This document shows positions 15,545 to 26,027 of a stretch of DNA of 54,590 nt, piece after piece. Within the stretch, counting starts at the first letter, position 1. Each line of letters begins with the position of its first letter. The position numbers were made by a program, and so were the translations under genes. The notes under the pieces are model-generated. The model ran no database searches. It had not been told where the DNA came from and was given only the letters and a program-made list of their open reading frames with translations. The stretch comes from a virus (lineage: Duplodnaviria; Caudoviricetes), in the IMG/VR virus record IMGVR_UViG_3300043443_000432, positions 1-54,590 of that record, one strand, 5' to 3'.

Positions 15545-17551
15545 TCATTCCAGGCTCGCCGGTAGGCCGCCTCTGGGTTTTTGAGTCTTGAGCCACTCTT
15601 GCTCGAGTTCGTTTGATGGCTCGCTGCGTGTGCCGATTTCCGACTCAATTGTTGAGGAGTCCTCGCCTTGAACGGAAGGCGGGTTGAAGATCGAGGTTGT
15701 TGCGCCCATCACCGTGCCGCGCTCGCCGGCGGTGGACTTAACCGCCTTGGGCACCTGACCCGCGGCGTGCTGCTCGAGGAACCTCACCACGGCGGCCACC
15801 TCAGCGGGGTCTTTTGCCATCAGCATGTCGGCGAGCTTGTCGGCCACCTGGGGCGTCATGGTCGACTTGCTGGCTAAGCGTGCGGCCATGCTGGTCAGAG
15901 CGGGCCAGAATCCGCCGGTAATCGATTGAACCATGGCCTGGCCAACGCCGGGCTCTTCCTCGAGCGATTCCTTCAGCGCGCCGCGCTTTGCGGTTTGTGA
16001 GCCGGCCAGGATCTTGTTGGACTGAGAAAACAACTGCGCCTCGCGCTCGAGCGCTGCCTTGAACAGGCGGAAGTGGGACGGGTCATCGAACAACGGCTGC
16101 AGCTTGGCGGCCGTTTCGGGCGAGTTGATGATTCGGCTCGCCGCGTTGAAGTTTGTCGACGGGTCCATGATCTGCCCGTACAGGTTGCGAGCAACGCCCG
16201 TGCGGAAGGCGGTTTTCTCAGCCTCTCCCATGCCAGAGACCATTTTGATGATCTGCTCGTGGTCGAGCTTGCGGAAGTCTGCCATACCAGCGCGCATGGC
16301 GTCCAGGACCTCCATGTCGCCCGCGTAGGCCTTGCGGGCATCGCGGTAGGCGGGGACGTTATCGTCGATCGCGTCTACAAACACTTTGCGCAGGTCACGC
16401 AGTGCGCTGGCCTCTGCGGTGGACATGCCTTGCCCCTTAAAGCCGGACTCAATCGTGGCGTCGATGCCGCGCTTGATGTAGTCCAACGTTCTAACGTCCG
16501 GCAGCTTTGTCAGCTCCATAATTTCCGCGCCGCTTTCGGTGAATCGACCGCTGGGCTTGTAGATCTCGGGCAGCGCAAACCGGCTGGGGTCCTCGCCTCG
16601 CAGCTTGGCCGCTTGGGCCTCCGTGTCGGCGATGCTGCGGGCCTTGGCGAAGAACTCCTGAAACCTCGGATTTTTCAGGGCTTCCACGATACGCGGATCG
16701 TCCACATCGCCGTGGGCGTAGGCGTTTTCATAAACCGTGTCGGCTTTTGTGCGCAGATCTTTGACCATTTTGGCCTCGTCTGCGTAGAAATCGCCTGGCT
16801 GCAGGCCCTTCTGGACCTGCTGGTAGGTGCGCTCACGTGCGCCGGTTTTTTGCTGGGTGAGCGTTTTCTCCACCTTGCGGGTGCCCTTGCCCGTGCGCTG
16901 GGCCACAGCCTCGGCCAGATCGGCCATGGCGGCGTCAACGTTGGCTAGGGTACTGGGTACCCCCATGGCGCGGTCCTGGGCCGCTATGCGCTCGATTTGC
17001 TGGGGCGTGAGGTTTGACTCGCGCATGGCCTGGGTGAACTTCTCGCCCGCACGTTGGGACACAACGGCCTCCGTAGGCGCTAGGCGCTCACGCAGCCACT
17101 GGCCGGCCCCCTTGGCGCCACGCAAGACAACGGGCGTTCCCACGCCGATGGCGGTACCAAGCGTGCCGCCAACAAGAGCTCCCGTGCCCCGCTCCCCATC
17201 CGTGGCCGATCCAGCCCCGGAGATGGCGCCTGTGGTACCGCCAAGGGCCGCCAGACGGCCAAGGGTGCCAAGGGTTGAGCGCTGCATCTGAGCGGCAGCG
17301 GCTGGCTGGGCGCCGGGCACAAACATCATGCCGATTGCAGGCGCCATGCCACCGGCAAATTCTGCCGCCATGGCCGTGCCAGGGTTTTCCCTTGCATATT
17401 GAGCGTACTCTTGGCGAATTTGCTGCAGCGCTTGCTCGTAGGGCTGATTACCGAGCTTGGAGCGCAGCCAAGCCTCGCCCTCGTCGCCCCAGCCCATGCC
17501 CAGGCCCTGGCCCAGGAAGGCCCGGGCTGCGTTGGTGATGCCGTCAGCCAT
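15545..17551 (-). CDS. Putative ejection (DNA injection) protein
   Basis: 668 aa, Gly/Ala-rich hydrophobic N-terminal part; last gene of the podovirus-type ejection cluster. Confidence 0.7.
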   Translation of the reverse strand: MADGITNAARAFLGQGLGMGWGDEGEAWLRSKLGNQPYEQALQQIRQEYAQYARENPGTAMAAEFAGGMAPAIGMMFVPGAQPAAAAQMQRSTLGTLGRLAALGGTTGAISGAGSATDGERGTGALVGGTLGTAIGVGTPVVLRGAKGAGQWLRERLAPTEAVVSQRAGEKFTQAMRESNLTPQQIERIAAQDRAMGVPSTLANVDAAMADLAEAVAQRTGKGTRKVEKTLTQQKTGARERTYQQVQKGLQPGDFYADEAKMVKDLRTKADTVYENAYAHGDVDDPRIVEALKNPRFQEFFAKARSIADTEAQAAKLRGEDPSRFALPEIYKPSGRFTESGAEIMELTKLPDVRTLDYIKRGIDATIESGFKGQGMSTAEASALRDLRKVFVDAIDDNVPAYRDARKAYAGDMEVLDAMRAGMADFRKLDHEQIIKMVSGMGEAEKTAFRTGVARNLYGQIMDPSTNFNAASRIINSPETAAKLQPLFDDPSHFRLFKAALEREAQLFSQSNKILAGSQTAKRGALKESLEEEPGVGQAMVQSITGGFWPALTSMAARLASKSTMTPQVADKLADMLMAKDPAEVAAVVRFLEQHAAGQVPKAVKSTAGERGTVMGATTSIFNPPSVQGEDSSTIESEIGTRSEPSNELEQEWLKTQKPRGGLPASLE

Positions 17552-18807
17552 TACTCAAGCCCTCCTGCCGGGGATGTGTTGCGATACAAACCCTGGTTGA
17601 TTTCGTTCATGCGCTTTTGCAGCTTGTCATAGCCGCGCTGCAGGGCACCGTAGGCGTTTACCATGATGCGCTTGCGCTCCTCCTGGTTCTTGGCCTTGGC
17701 GCCGGACACCATTTGCAGCAGCTTAATGTCCGAGTCGGACAGCACGCCCTTCATCTTCTCGGACGCGGAGCTGATCATCTGATCGGTCAGCAGGTTTTCC
17801 AGCTCTTGCGTGTTGAGCAAAATTGGGTCTTTGGATCCTGCGGCCTCCAAGACAGCGCGCGAGGCCTTGTCGACCAGCGATCCGGACATGCTGTTTTTGT
17901 TCAGATCGAAGGCGCGTTTCAAGATTCCCATGGAGCCCTGAATTGTGCTGAGCGAGTCCTCGGTGTCTGTTTTCAACTTCACCTCGGGAGCGGTCAGCTT
18001 GGTGGCTTGCTCCTGCTGGAAGCCAAACTTCTGCTGAGCGAGCAGCATGTTTGCTTGAGCGGTAGACACGTTTGCAAGAGCGGCGTTGATTTGCGCCATC
18101 TGCTTGTCAATGTTCATGTCCGAAATCGCCTGAACGCGCTTTTGGAACTCGGGCGTTCCGGGCGTCAAACCCTCGTCCTGAGCCTGTTTTCCAGCGGTGG
18201 ATGAAGGCTGGCCGGACTTCACATAGTCCTTGATAAGCTCCGTGGCGATCGTGCGCTTGTCCTTCATGCCTTCGGCGGACAGTTGGCGCAGCGTGGCCAG
18301 GTCCTCCTTGGCGCCTGTCATGCGCAGCTTTTGCGCCTCCAGGCCAAGCTGCAACTGGCGATTGCGCTCTGCAAGCATCGATTCGCGCTGCTCTTTGTTG
18401 ATCGCAGCCGCCGTTTCGCCGGCCTTGCCCAGCGACTCCATGAAATGGCCCGTCTTGGTCGGAGCGCCAAAAGCGGCGGCAAGGCGGAAATACATTTCGG
18501 CCTTGCTGGGACCCGTCTCAGCCGGCTGCCTCATGGCGTCTTGCAGCATTTTGTTGAACGCCTCGGACTCCCTGGTCATCGTCTGACGGGCAGCACGAAG
18601 CTCCTGGCTGTAGTCGTCTCCCTGCGGAAAGTACCGACCGAGGAGGGACAGCAACTGCTGGTTTCCACCAGGTTGCACAGGAATTACAGGTTCGGCAACG
18701 GGGGCAGCAACGGGAGCCGCAACGATGGGAGCGTTTTGGACGGGCAGAGAAATACTAGGCTCACTGCCCATGTCGTAATTCGAAGCCAGGTCGTAGATCG
18801 ATGGCAT
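17551..18807 (-). CDS. Putative ejection protein (coiled-coil)
   Basis: Helical, position in the cluster, GGAGG RBS before ATG 18807. Confidence 0.7.
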   Translation of the reverse strand: MPSIYDLASNYDMGSEPSISLPVQNAPIVAAPVAAPVAEPVIPVQPGGNQQLLSLLGRYFPQGDDYSQELRAARQTMTRESEAFNKMLQDAMRQPAETGPSKAEMYFRLAAAFGAPTKTGHFMESLGKAGETAAAINKEQRESMLAERNRQLQLGLEAQKLRMTGAKEDLATLRQLSAEGMKDKRTIATELIKDYVKSGQPSSTAGKQAQDEGLTPGTPEFQKRVQAISDMNIDKQMAQINAALANVSTAQANMLLAQQKFGFQQEQATKLTAPEVKLKTDTEDSLSTIQGSMGILKRAFDLNKNSMSGSLVDKASRAVLEAAGSKDPILLNTQELENLLTDQMISSASEKMKGVLSDSDIKLLQMVSGAKAKNQEERKRIMVNAYGALQRGYDKLQKRMNEINQGLYRNTSPAGGLE

Positions 18808-18825
18808 GTGAGCCTCCAAAAATTA

Positions 18826-20364
18826 TTAACCAAGCATTTTGCTCAGGCCCGCCCCTGCGGACAACCCGGTAGCCAGCTGCTGCAGAGGTGATGCAGAGTA
18901 GGTAGCTCCCGTGGTCGTTCCGCTTTGCGTTTGCTGCGTCTGCACGTTCGGCGCCATGCCGCGCACCTGGGTAGACAGCCAGTCGAGCTGCGTCTTGGGA
19001 TAGTTCAATCCGATCAGGTACTGCTGGTACGCGGCATCTGCTTGACGCTGTGCAAGCTGCTGCTGAGCCGAGCCTGCGGCCTCGAGGGCGGCTACGTCTT
19101 GCGTGCGCATTTGCTGTCCCTGCTGCGCCATAGTGGCCAACTGCTGCAACGCAGACTGCTGACGAGCCAAATCGGTCTGAGCCAGTTGGCCAGACTGAGC
19201 GCCAAGAGAGGCCAGCATCTGTTGCTGCTGTCCCGTCAAGGCTCCGGTCTGCTGAGCGGTGCTTAAAAGAGCTTGCTGCTGTTGACCGGTAAGTGAACCC
19301 GTTTGTTGCGCGGCGCTCAAAAGTGCCTGTTGCTGCGCCTGGGTCAAGCCTCCAAGCTGCGTGCCAACTTGTCCCAACGCTTGTGCTCGCGCCATTTCCT
19401 GCTGCGCGGCCTGCTGCTGAGCCGATGAGAGAGCCTGACCGCCTGCCATGATGGCTTGCTGCTGAGCGGTTCCAAGGCTGCCAGCCGTTGAGGCCAGACC
19501 TGCTTGGCGCTGTGCCTCTTGCTGAGCAGCAGACAACGCTTGGCCGTAGCCGGATTGCATAGCCTGAGCCTGTTGATTCAAAATCGATTCCTGCGTGTCA
19601 CGCAAAGCGCGAGCGCCAAACTCGCCCATGCGAGTGCCGCCAAACTGACCGGCACGAATGAACGAATCGGACACGGCTGGCAGTAAGTTCTCCGACAGGT
19701 TTCGAGCGCCAAGCCGAGCAATTTGATTGGTAACTGACTCCGTGTACGGATTCATGTACTGCGCAATATCCTGCGCAGATGTTTGCGCCGCCTGTTGCAT
19801 ATACGGAGCAGCAGCCGTCAATCCAGATCCCTGCAGGCTGGCTTGGACGTAAGGCGACAAAGTGCGAGCTCCGGCGCCTGTATCAATACCGCCAAGGGCC
19901 TGAGCCTGTTGCGTCAAATACGGTTGCGCAGCTCCAACGCCGCTGGTAGCCGTTGCTTGAGACAAAAGCGGCTGAGCCGCTTGCAGCGCATTTGTACCCG
20001 CTGCTTGGCTCAAAAGAGGCTGAGCCGCTTGCATAGGGTTCATTGCGGCCGCTTGCGCCAGGTAAGGCGCGGCAGCGTTTGTTGCACCCATGCCGGTCGT
20101 CATGGCTTGAATTCCGCCCTGAGCCTGGCTAAAAGGCTGTAGCCACGCGTTCTGGTTAGCCGTTACAGCGTTCCAGGCTAGTTGCTGCTGAGGTGTAGAC
20201 CCTGATACCAACGTTCCGCTGTACGGCGTGTACGGCGTATTGGCCACATTTGTAGCCTGGTAGATCTGGTTATAAATTGCATCCTGCAGCCACTTCGGTG
20301 TCTCAGTGGTGCTGGTGACGTAGGAGGTGGCTTTTTGGGGATCGCCTTGAAACAGACCTGGCAT
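18826..20364 (-). CDS. Putative ejection/pilot protein with Gln/Ala repeats
   Basis: Q/A-rich; YMNPY and GQFGGTR segments; 16-aa and 18-aa repeats. Confidence 0.75.
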   Translation of the reverse strand: MPGLFQGDPQKATSYVTSTTETPKWLQDAIYNQIYQATNVANTPYTPYSGTLVSGSTPQQQLAWNAVTANQNAWLQPFSQAQGGIQAMTTGMGATNAAAPYLAQAAAMNPMQAAQPLLSQAAGTNALQAAQPLLSQATATSGVGAAQPYLTQQAQALGGIDTGAGARTLSPYVQASLQGSGLTAAAPYMQQAAQTSAQDIAQYMNPYTESVTNQIARLGARNLSENLLPAVSDSFIRAGQFGGTRMGEFGARALRDTQESILNQQAQAMQSGYGQALSAAQQEAQRQAGLASTAGSLGTAQQQAIMAGGQALSSAQQQAAQQEMARAQALGQVGTQLGGLTQAQQQALLSAAQQTGSLTGQQQQALLSTAQQTGALTGQQQQMLASLGAQSGQLAQTDLARQQSALQQLATMAQQGQQMRTQDVAALEAAGSAQQQLAQRQADAAYQQYLIGLNYPKTQLDWLSTQVRGMAPNVQTQQTQSGTTTGATYSASPLQQLATGLSAGAGLSKMLG

Positions 20365-20394
20365 GTTATACGCTCTCTTTCATCTGAGCGTCCA

Positions 20395-22272
20395 TTAGGA
20401 CGCATCTTTCAGATATGACAACGGCGATTTGGCGTTCGCGCTGAACTTGCCCCGTGCCATGGATTTGCCTTTGTGTTGTCGGATTTTAGCCCGCATCTCA
20501 TCTAAACGGCGAGCCCCATCTTTCGTTGATCCATCGCCCAACAAGGCCACGGTCTCGGCGTCCATCACGTACTCGCCGTCCGACAGGCGCGCTGGGATGG
20601 TGTCATCGCGGCCAGATCCGCCGCCTCGAGCCAAGCGAGAAAGCGGTCCGCCTTGTGCAAGATTTTGCGTTGGCTCGACCGGGTTGTCGTAACTGCCCCG
20701 GCTTAATTTGTCCCAGTTTTGCGCCACAAAAATTCCGATCGGAACTCCCTGCATCTTCGCCGCAGCTCCAATCGTGTCCCAATTCCAGGTGCGCAGCGGG
20801 CGGTTAAAGTACTCCTGCTGCTCGGGCGTCATTTTTGCCACAACCTGCTGCACCTCCTCCGGCGTTTGGGCGGAGCTGAACATGGAGAGAAGGGGCAGAA
20901 TGCTGGCCGCCGAGGAAAGACCACTCATCCCCATCTTGTTTCCTGATGAGGACGCTGGCTTTCCAACGGAATCCGCTGCCATGGAGCTAAGCGGAGATTT
21001 TTGGATTCCGGTGCCCAGATCTGGCTGCGCAGAACCGCTGAGGCCTGATGGTTTTGTCAGCGAGTAGTCGACAGAGAGCTCAGACGGCCCGGAGTATTGG
21101 GGTGTTTGAAATTTATTCAGCGAGTAATTTGGCGTCAAGCCCATTTCGGGAATGCTGCTCAAATTCATCTGCGGAGCCCGCAGCCCCTCAACGGCAATGT
21201 CTGAGGGCGCCTTAAGCCCAAGGCCGCCAGAGCTTGAGGGCGTAATGTCGTACATCGGATTTGTGTACGTCATGCCCCTGGCCAGCCCCGTCAATGCCCC
21301 TTGAGCCAAGGCCTCTTGAGGCGTGGCCCCCATGGTCAGCGCGTTGCCCACCTGAGAGCCAGCGGATTGAAGGCCCGCGCCCATCAAGCCCCCTACATTC
21401 TGTGCGGCGCCGGACAACGTGCTGCCCAGGTACCCGCCCGTTGCGCCTTGCAAAGCGCCTGCCGTGGCCCCCTGGCCGCTCAATGCGCCCTGAGCCGCCC
21501 CTGCCAAGGTGCTGCCCACAACGTTTTGTGCTGTGGATCCCAAGCCAAGGCCTGCCGCATCGCTGATACCTTTGCCAAGAGCGCCCGCGCCACCAGCGCC
21601 TAAAGCGCCGCCAATTGCGCCTTTGAGTGGGTCGCCACCAGCCATGGCGGACGATGCACCGCCGATAACGGCCCCACCGAGGGCGCTGGCAGCTAATCCA
21701 GAGGCCCCAAGGGCGGATCCGATTGCCGTTCCAATACCGGGCGCCACGATCGACAGCACAACCGGCGCCACAGCGGCCACCAGCTTGCCAACGCCGCCCT
21801 TGAACTCGACCAGGCCCGTTGTGGGGTTTACGGTACCGCCGCCGCCCATACGGCTCAAAATGGCCGCCTCGCGAGGGTTGATGTGCGCGAGCATGGTGTC
21901 GCCGCCACGACCAGCAGCGGCCATTTCACGCGCGGCGCGAGCCAAGCCGCCACGGGCAAACGCCTGCGAGGCTCCGGATCTGTAGCGGGCCTGAACCTCG
22001 TACAGGGCCACCAGCATGGACAGGATCAGTGTCGGATCAAACTCTTGCGGGAAATCCTCCTCTGAGCCAAAGCCGGCACGAATGGCGGCCTCGCGGACTT
22101 TCGAGTATTCCTGCGGGCTTTGCAGCACATACTCCAGCGTTGCGACCAGCTGGTCCACCATCTGCTCGGTAATACCAGGCATGCTGGCAATACGAGATTC
22201 AATGATGTCGGCAGCTTGCTGCACCTGCGGGTTGTTGGCCGCCATCGCCATGATCGTTTGCTTGTCCATCAT
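20395..22272 (-). CDS. Putative internal virion/ejection protein with glycine-zipper region and xxGG motifs
   Basis: GRGGDTMLAHINP..VNPTTGL, Gly-zipper, DDTIPARLSDGEYV; FARGG, LAQGG and LARGG. Confidence 0.75.
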   Translation of the reverse strand: MMDKQTIMAMAANNPQVQQAADIIESRIASMPGITEQMVDQLVATLEYVLQSPQEYSKVREAAIRAGFGSEEDFPQEFDPTLILSMLVALYEVQARYRSGASQAFARGGLARAAREMAAAGRGGDTMLAHINPREAAILSRMGGGGTVNPTTGLVEFKGGVGKLVAAVAPVVLSIVAPGIGTAIGSALGASGLAASALGGAVIGGASSAMAGGDPLKGAIGGALGAGGAGALGKGISDAAGLGLGSTAQNVVGSTLAGAAQGALSGQGATAGALQGATGGYLGSTLSGAAQNVGGLMGAGLQSAGSQVGNALTMGATPQEALAQGALTGLARGMTYTNPMYDITPSSSGGLGLKAPSDIAVEGLRAPQMNLSSIPEMGLTPNYSLNKFQTPQYSGPSELSVDYSLTKPSGLSGSAQPDLGTGIQKSPLSSMAADSVGKPASSSGNKMGMSGLSSAASILPLLSMFSSAQTPEEVQQVVAKMTPEQQEYFNRPLRTWNWDTIGAAAKMQGVPIGIFVAQNWDKLSRGSYDNPVEPTQNLAQGGPLSRLARGGGSGRDDTIPARLSDGEYVMDAETVALLGDGSTKDGARRLDEMRAKIRQHKGKSMARGKFSANAKSPLSYLKDAS

Positions 22273-22715
22273 TTACTCCTGCGATTCCATTTGTGTTGAT
22301 CGTAATCTTCGCGCAAGAAACCGTAGACGCAAAGATCGTCGTCCTTGAAGGCTCGTCGCATCACGCCTTCAAGTTGAAAACCAAGGTGCTCATCGAATCG
22401 ACGAGCCGCAACATTTTTAGCTCTTACAAGACCGGTCACGCGCTGCACCATGTAGTGCTCAAAGGCGAATTTGAACACGCCGCGGAACATTTCCAAAGCG
22501 GCACGGGGCGTTGCCCATTCCGCTCCTGGTTTTGCAGCCGTATGCATGTCAACGTTTGTCTCGGTAAAGTTTGAAAGCACAACCACAAACGCAAAATCGC
22601 CGCTTGAATCAACCGCCGACAAAGCCCGACAAAACCCAACGGGGTGCTCGATGCCGAGTACGTTTTTTGCCCAATCGATTGCTTCTTGCTCACGTTGCGT
22701 TCCGATGTATTTCAT
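22269..22715 (-). CDS. GNAT acetyltransferase-like protein
   Basis: RVTGLVRAKNVAARRFDEHLGFQLEG; lies between the nozzle and ejection genes, as is usual in podoviruses. Confidence 0.85.
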   Translation of the reverse strand: MKYIGTQREQEAIDWAKNVLGIEHPVGFCRALSAVDSSGDFAFVVVLSNFTETNVDMHTAAKPGAEWATPRAALEMFRGVFKFAFEHYMVQRVTGLVRAKNVAARRFDEHLGFQLEGVMRRAFKDDDLCVYGFLREDYDQHKWNRRSK

Positions 22716-22939
22716 GACAACGAGCCCACCATCCGCTCGGCCCATTCGCGCCAGTCGGTGAAGCCGTAAGGATTGGGCAAGTTTCTGCCAATCGTGGTGT
22801 TGTTCAAAAACTGCACGCCCCAGTCCTGCCAACGATTCGGGTCATCCAATCGCCCAAAGGTGCCATAAGGGTCCAGGTCAAGATTGATCTGTGACGCCCA
22901 ATCGAGCAGCTCCATTCCGGTGGGCAGCGTGATGATCAT
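22712..22939 (-). CDS. Small Trp-rich putative structural protein
   Basis: Coupled ORF in the tail cluster. Confidence 0.75.
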   Translation of the reverse strand: MIITLPTGMELLDWASQINLDLDPYGTFGRLDDPNRWQDWGVQFLNNTTIGRNLPNPYGFTDWREWAERMVGSLS

Positions 22940-24765
22940 CCCAGCACCGTCTTGTCCCCGGTCTCGAGATGACCGATGATCTGACCCATCTGGTAGTCGC
23001 CGTACAGCGCGTTGGACTCAAAGCGCAGGCGCAACTCGCGGCGCTGTTCTTTGAGCATGACGATCTGCTCGTAAGGCTGGCTTGCCTGGTCCGGGAATGT
23101 GAAAAACGAGCTGTAGACCTCTGGTGCACGGGCGTTTGCGCGGCCGGTTACCTGGACGGTCATGGGCCCGTTTTGCACGAAATCGGGCTCAATTGCTGAG
23201 ATGCGCAGGTACTCGTTCGTTCCCTGCGCGGTGGGTGAGAGGTCTGCCGTCTCAAAGTACGACTGAATCGGGGCGGCCAGGGTGCCGTCAATTTCATCCA
23301 CGCCCTGCTCGTGCACCCAGGTGCGGTATCCGCTGGCAGAAGGCACAGCGTCGACTAGGATCGGGGCGGCAAACCCGTTGTTGTACCCACCGGCAGAGCG
23401 GCCAGCGGAGGGCAGAGCCGTGTCGTACCAAGTGTTTTCTCGCACGTTGTAGATCACGGCGTGCGTGCACTCTGTGGCGTCACCGCGAGGGTATGCCCAC
23501 CAGATTTCGCCGTAACGCGGGACCTTCCAGGCGAAAACCTTGCTGTGCTGCTGCGGGTTCAAGCCGTCGAGAAAGTAGTTTATGTTCAGCTGGTTTGGCA
23601 CGTCGCGCACCACGCCGTTGAACATAAAGAACCGGTCCACGCCGGCCCAGAAAAACACGCCGTCGTAATCCACGACCGAGTCGGCCGAAAGGATCGAGGT
23701 GTCTGTGGCGATCGTGTCAAACTGAAACACCGTGGCGCCGCCCGTGAAGGTGGCACGAATCACCGCGTCGTAGGCCCAAAAGAGTCCTGCCGGGGCGGAG
23801 CCAGAGCCTGCGCGAAGGGGCATGCCTTTCACGATCTTCTGGCTCCACACGCGGGCGATTCCAGAGCCAGAGCCGGACAGGTCGGTAGGCTCTCCGGCCA
23901 CGGACCAGCCGATGATGCCCGCCGTGCCGTAGTAGAACAAATACGGGTGCAGGGCCACGATGCCGCCCGTTGCGTTTGCACCGGCGGGGAGTTTCACGCT
24001 CCGCAAACGCGCCGTGCCAAGCAGATCGCCGTAGAAAATCTGGCCGCCAACGTCGTTACACAGGCACTGTCCGTTTGGCGCAACGTGCGCAAGGAGGGCG
24101 TTGTAAGAGGTGGAGGAGTCGAAAATCGCCTGGAACATCCATCGATTTGCGCTGGACGATACCAAGGCGTCAGATCCACCGGCCATGTTGGTGGATGTAG
24201 CCGTGATCGTTGTCGTGGTTGCGGCCACCACATACCCATCCGTTCCCGTGCCAGGCGTGACCGCCGTGATGGTGATTACCGTGCCAACGGCCGCAGCCGT
24301 GTAGTCCGGGGTGGATGTGTGCAGGTTAATGTTTGTTGCAACAGCCGTAGCCGTTGTGGCCAAGTCCGTAGTGAAGGACACAGCTCCGGACATGATCTGA
24401 ACGCCGTTTACCGTGATCCCGTCCACGGAGCCTGCTGCGCCGCCTGTGAGCGTCACGGTACCGGTGGCAGAAATGTTAATCGGCGTGCGGTTGGTAACAA
24501 CGCTTGCATTTTTGCTTGCGTCGATCGTGAACCGCTCCAGCGTGCTTGGACCGCCGCTGTGGCAGTACTGCAGCAGCTGCTGGGTAAAGCTCATGAAGCC
24601 GCGGGAAATTTCGGTCAGGTATTTTGCGACAGACCTGTATCCGCCGATCTTACGAGGCAAGCCACGCTGAAAACGGACCCACTGGCCGTCGGTGTAGAAC
24701 TCACCGTCGAACTTGGTGCCGTCGCGCTTAATGCCGGGCTGGGAGCGGAGGATTGCGGTTGGCAT
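22936..24765 (-). CDS. Tail nozzle / stabilisation protein (P22 gp10 / T7 gp12 analog)
   Basis: Beta-rich; GEIWWAYP...VIYNVRENTW; size and position fit. Confidence 0.75.
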   Translation of the reverse strand: MPTAILRSQPGIKRDGTKFDGEFYTDGQWVRFQRGLPRKIGGYRSVAKYLTEISRGFMSFTQQLLQYCHSGGPSTLERFTIDASKNASVVTNRTPINISATGTVTLTGGAAGSVDGITVNGVQIMSGAVSFTTDLATTATAVATNINLHTSTPDYTAAAVGTVITITAVTPGTGTDGYVVAATTTTITATSTNMAGGSDALVSSSANRWMFQAIFDSSTSYNALLAHVAPNGQCLCNDVGGQIFYGDLLGTARLRSVKLPAGANATGGIVALHPYLFYYGTAGIIGWSVAGEPTDLSGSGSGIARVWSQKIVKGMPLRAGSGSAPAGLFWAYDAVIRATFTGGATVFQFDTIATDTSILSADSVVDYDGVFFWAGVDRFFMFNGVVRDVPNQLNINYFLDGLNPQQHSKVFAWKVPRYGEIWWAYPRGDATECTHAVIYNVRENTWYDTALPSAGRSAGGYNNGFAAPILVDAVPSASGYRTWVHEQGVDEIDGTLAAPIQSYFETADLSPTAQGTNEYLRISAIEPDFVQNGPMTVQVTGRANARAPEVYSSFFTFPDQASQPYEQIVMLKEQRRELRLRFESNALYGDYQMGQIIGHLETGDKTVLG

Positions 24766-24767
24766 GA

Positions 24768-25967
24768 TCAGAACGTCCCGCCAACGACAACGCCCGAGGG
24801 CGCTATGCCAAGGGCCGCGTAGGCGGCGTTTCCGTCTACAGCCGTGAAAACGGCGTCACCCACAGCCGTTGCGCCCAGGTTGATTCGAGCTCCACCGGCC
24901 GTTGTCGAACCCGTGCCGCCGTCAACAATGGCAACGGGAATGGCGATGCCGCCCGTGTTGGCGCTCACCACATTCGTGCCGTCGCAGTACAAAATCGTGC
25001 GAGAGCCAGCAGCGACAATTACACCGGTGCCAGCAGACGTTTTCACCCTGAAAGTGTAGGCGCCAGTTGTGTCGTTTGTGACCCAGTACTGCTGAACGGT
25101 GGCGGGAACAATAATGTCACGATTTCCGGTTAACACACCGGTAAAACCGTAAGCAATTCTGTTTAACTCCGTCCCCGTCAGCGTGTAGTTTCCGGATCCG
25201 GCCACGTTGATGGAGGTGTAGTCGAAGGCGAATGTGGCCGACTGGCCAAAGCCGATGGTGTAGTACGCCGTGCCGTCCGTGGCAATGATGGCCGATTCAC
25301 CTGGCTGGAAGGACAGCGTTGCTGCGCCGTCGATCAGGACGGTGCCAGCCGGGTCAGCCGCAATTGCGCCGGAGCCTGCGTTTCGGAGGTAGCAGAACCA
25401 GTTGTTTCCAACGGTTGTGGCCGCGGGCAGCGTGATAGTGCCCCCTGCCCCGGTCCACACGAACATCCGGGCTCGGTCGCTGTCGCCTGCCGTGTAGTTG
25501 GTGTTGAAGGACGTGATGGGCACAGACTGCGAGAGCAGCGTGCCAACGGCCACGATACCCGTTCCGGCCAGCGAGGAGGCGTTTACCTGGGATGTTGAGG
25601 CTCCGTACTGGAGCGACACCCAGGTGCCGGCTGCATCGCTGTTGTCGGTGAGGTAGACCTGCCAGAGCTCGCCGGCTGCGATGGTGACGACCTGCACGTC
25701 ATCGGCGTCTTTTACCGTGAAGGTGTGGGCGCCTTTGTTGTTGAACAGGATGGTCTGGCCAGTCCCCGTTTTATCGGCGGGGGGCAGAAGGACGGACAGG
25801 CCAGCGGAGGCCGGCGTGACGTCCATGATCTTCGTGGCCAAGTTCAGGCTGGTCGATGTCTCATCGGGCCAGCTCAGCTCGGTATCAACGGCCAGCGCAA
25901 GGGCGCTGTAGTCGATTTCGCTGGGGTAGATATTCGCCCCGCCAAAAACGTCAGTGTATGTGGTCAT
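24768..25967 (-). CDS. Tail structural / fibre-associated protein
   Basis: T/G/A-rich beta repeats; GGTGSTTAGGARINLG. Confidence 0.75.
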   Translation of the reverse strand: MTTYTDVFGGANIYPSEIDYSALALAVDTELSWPDETSTSLNLATKIMDVTPASAGLSVLLPPADKTGTGQTILFNNKGAHTFTVKDADDVQVVTIAAGELWQVYLTDNSDAAGTWVSLQYGASTSQVNASSLAGTGIVAVGTLLSQSVPITSFNTNYTAGDSDRARMFVWTGAGGTITLPAATTVGNNWFCYLRNAGSGAIAADPAGTVLIDGAATLSFQPGESAIIATDGTAYYTIGFGQSATFAFDYTSINVAGSGNYTLTGTELNRIAYGFTGVLTGNRDIIVPATVQQYWVTNDTTGAYTFRVKTSAGTGVIVAAGSRTILYCDGTNVVSANTGGIAIPVAIVDGGTGSTTAGGARINLGATAVGDAVFTAVDGNAAYAALGIAPSGVVVGGTF

Positions 25968-26027
25968 GCTTCAGTCCTTTGGGCGCGGTTTTTTATGGCA
26001 GCACTCATGCTTCGGTCCTTTGGGCGC
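25964..26027 (-). repeat. 23-bp direct repeat enclosing a 14-aa mini-ORF (25964..26008)
   Basis: 25964-25986 vs 26005-26027 (22/23). Mini-ORF reads MSAAIKNRAQRTEA. Confidence 0.85.

Noticed and set aside
23461-24822. 453-aa + strand ORF
   Set aside because: Antisense shadow of the tail nozzle gene.
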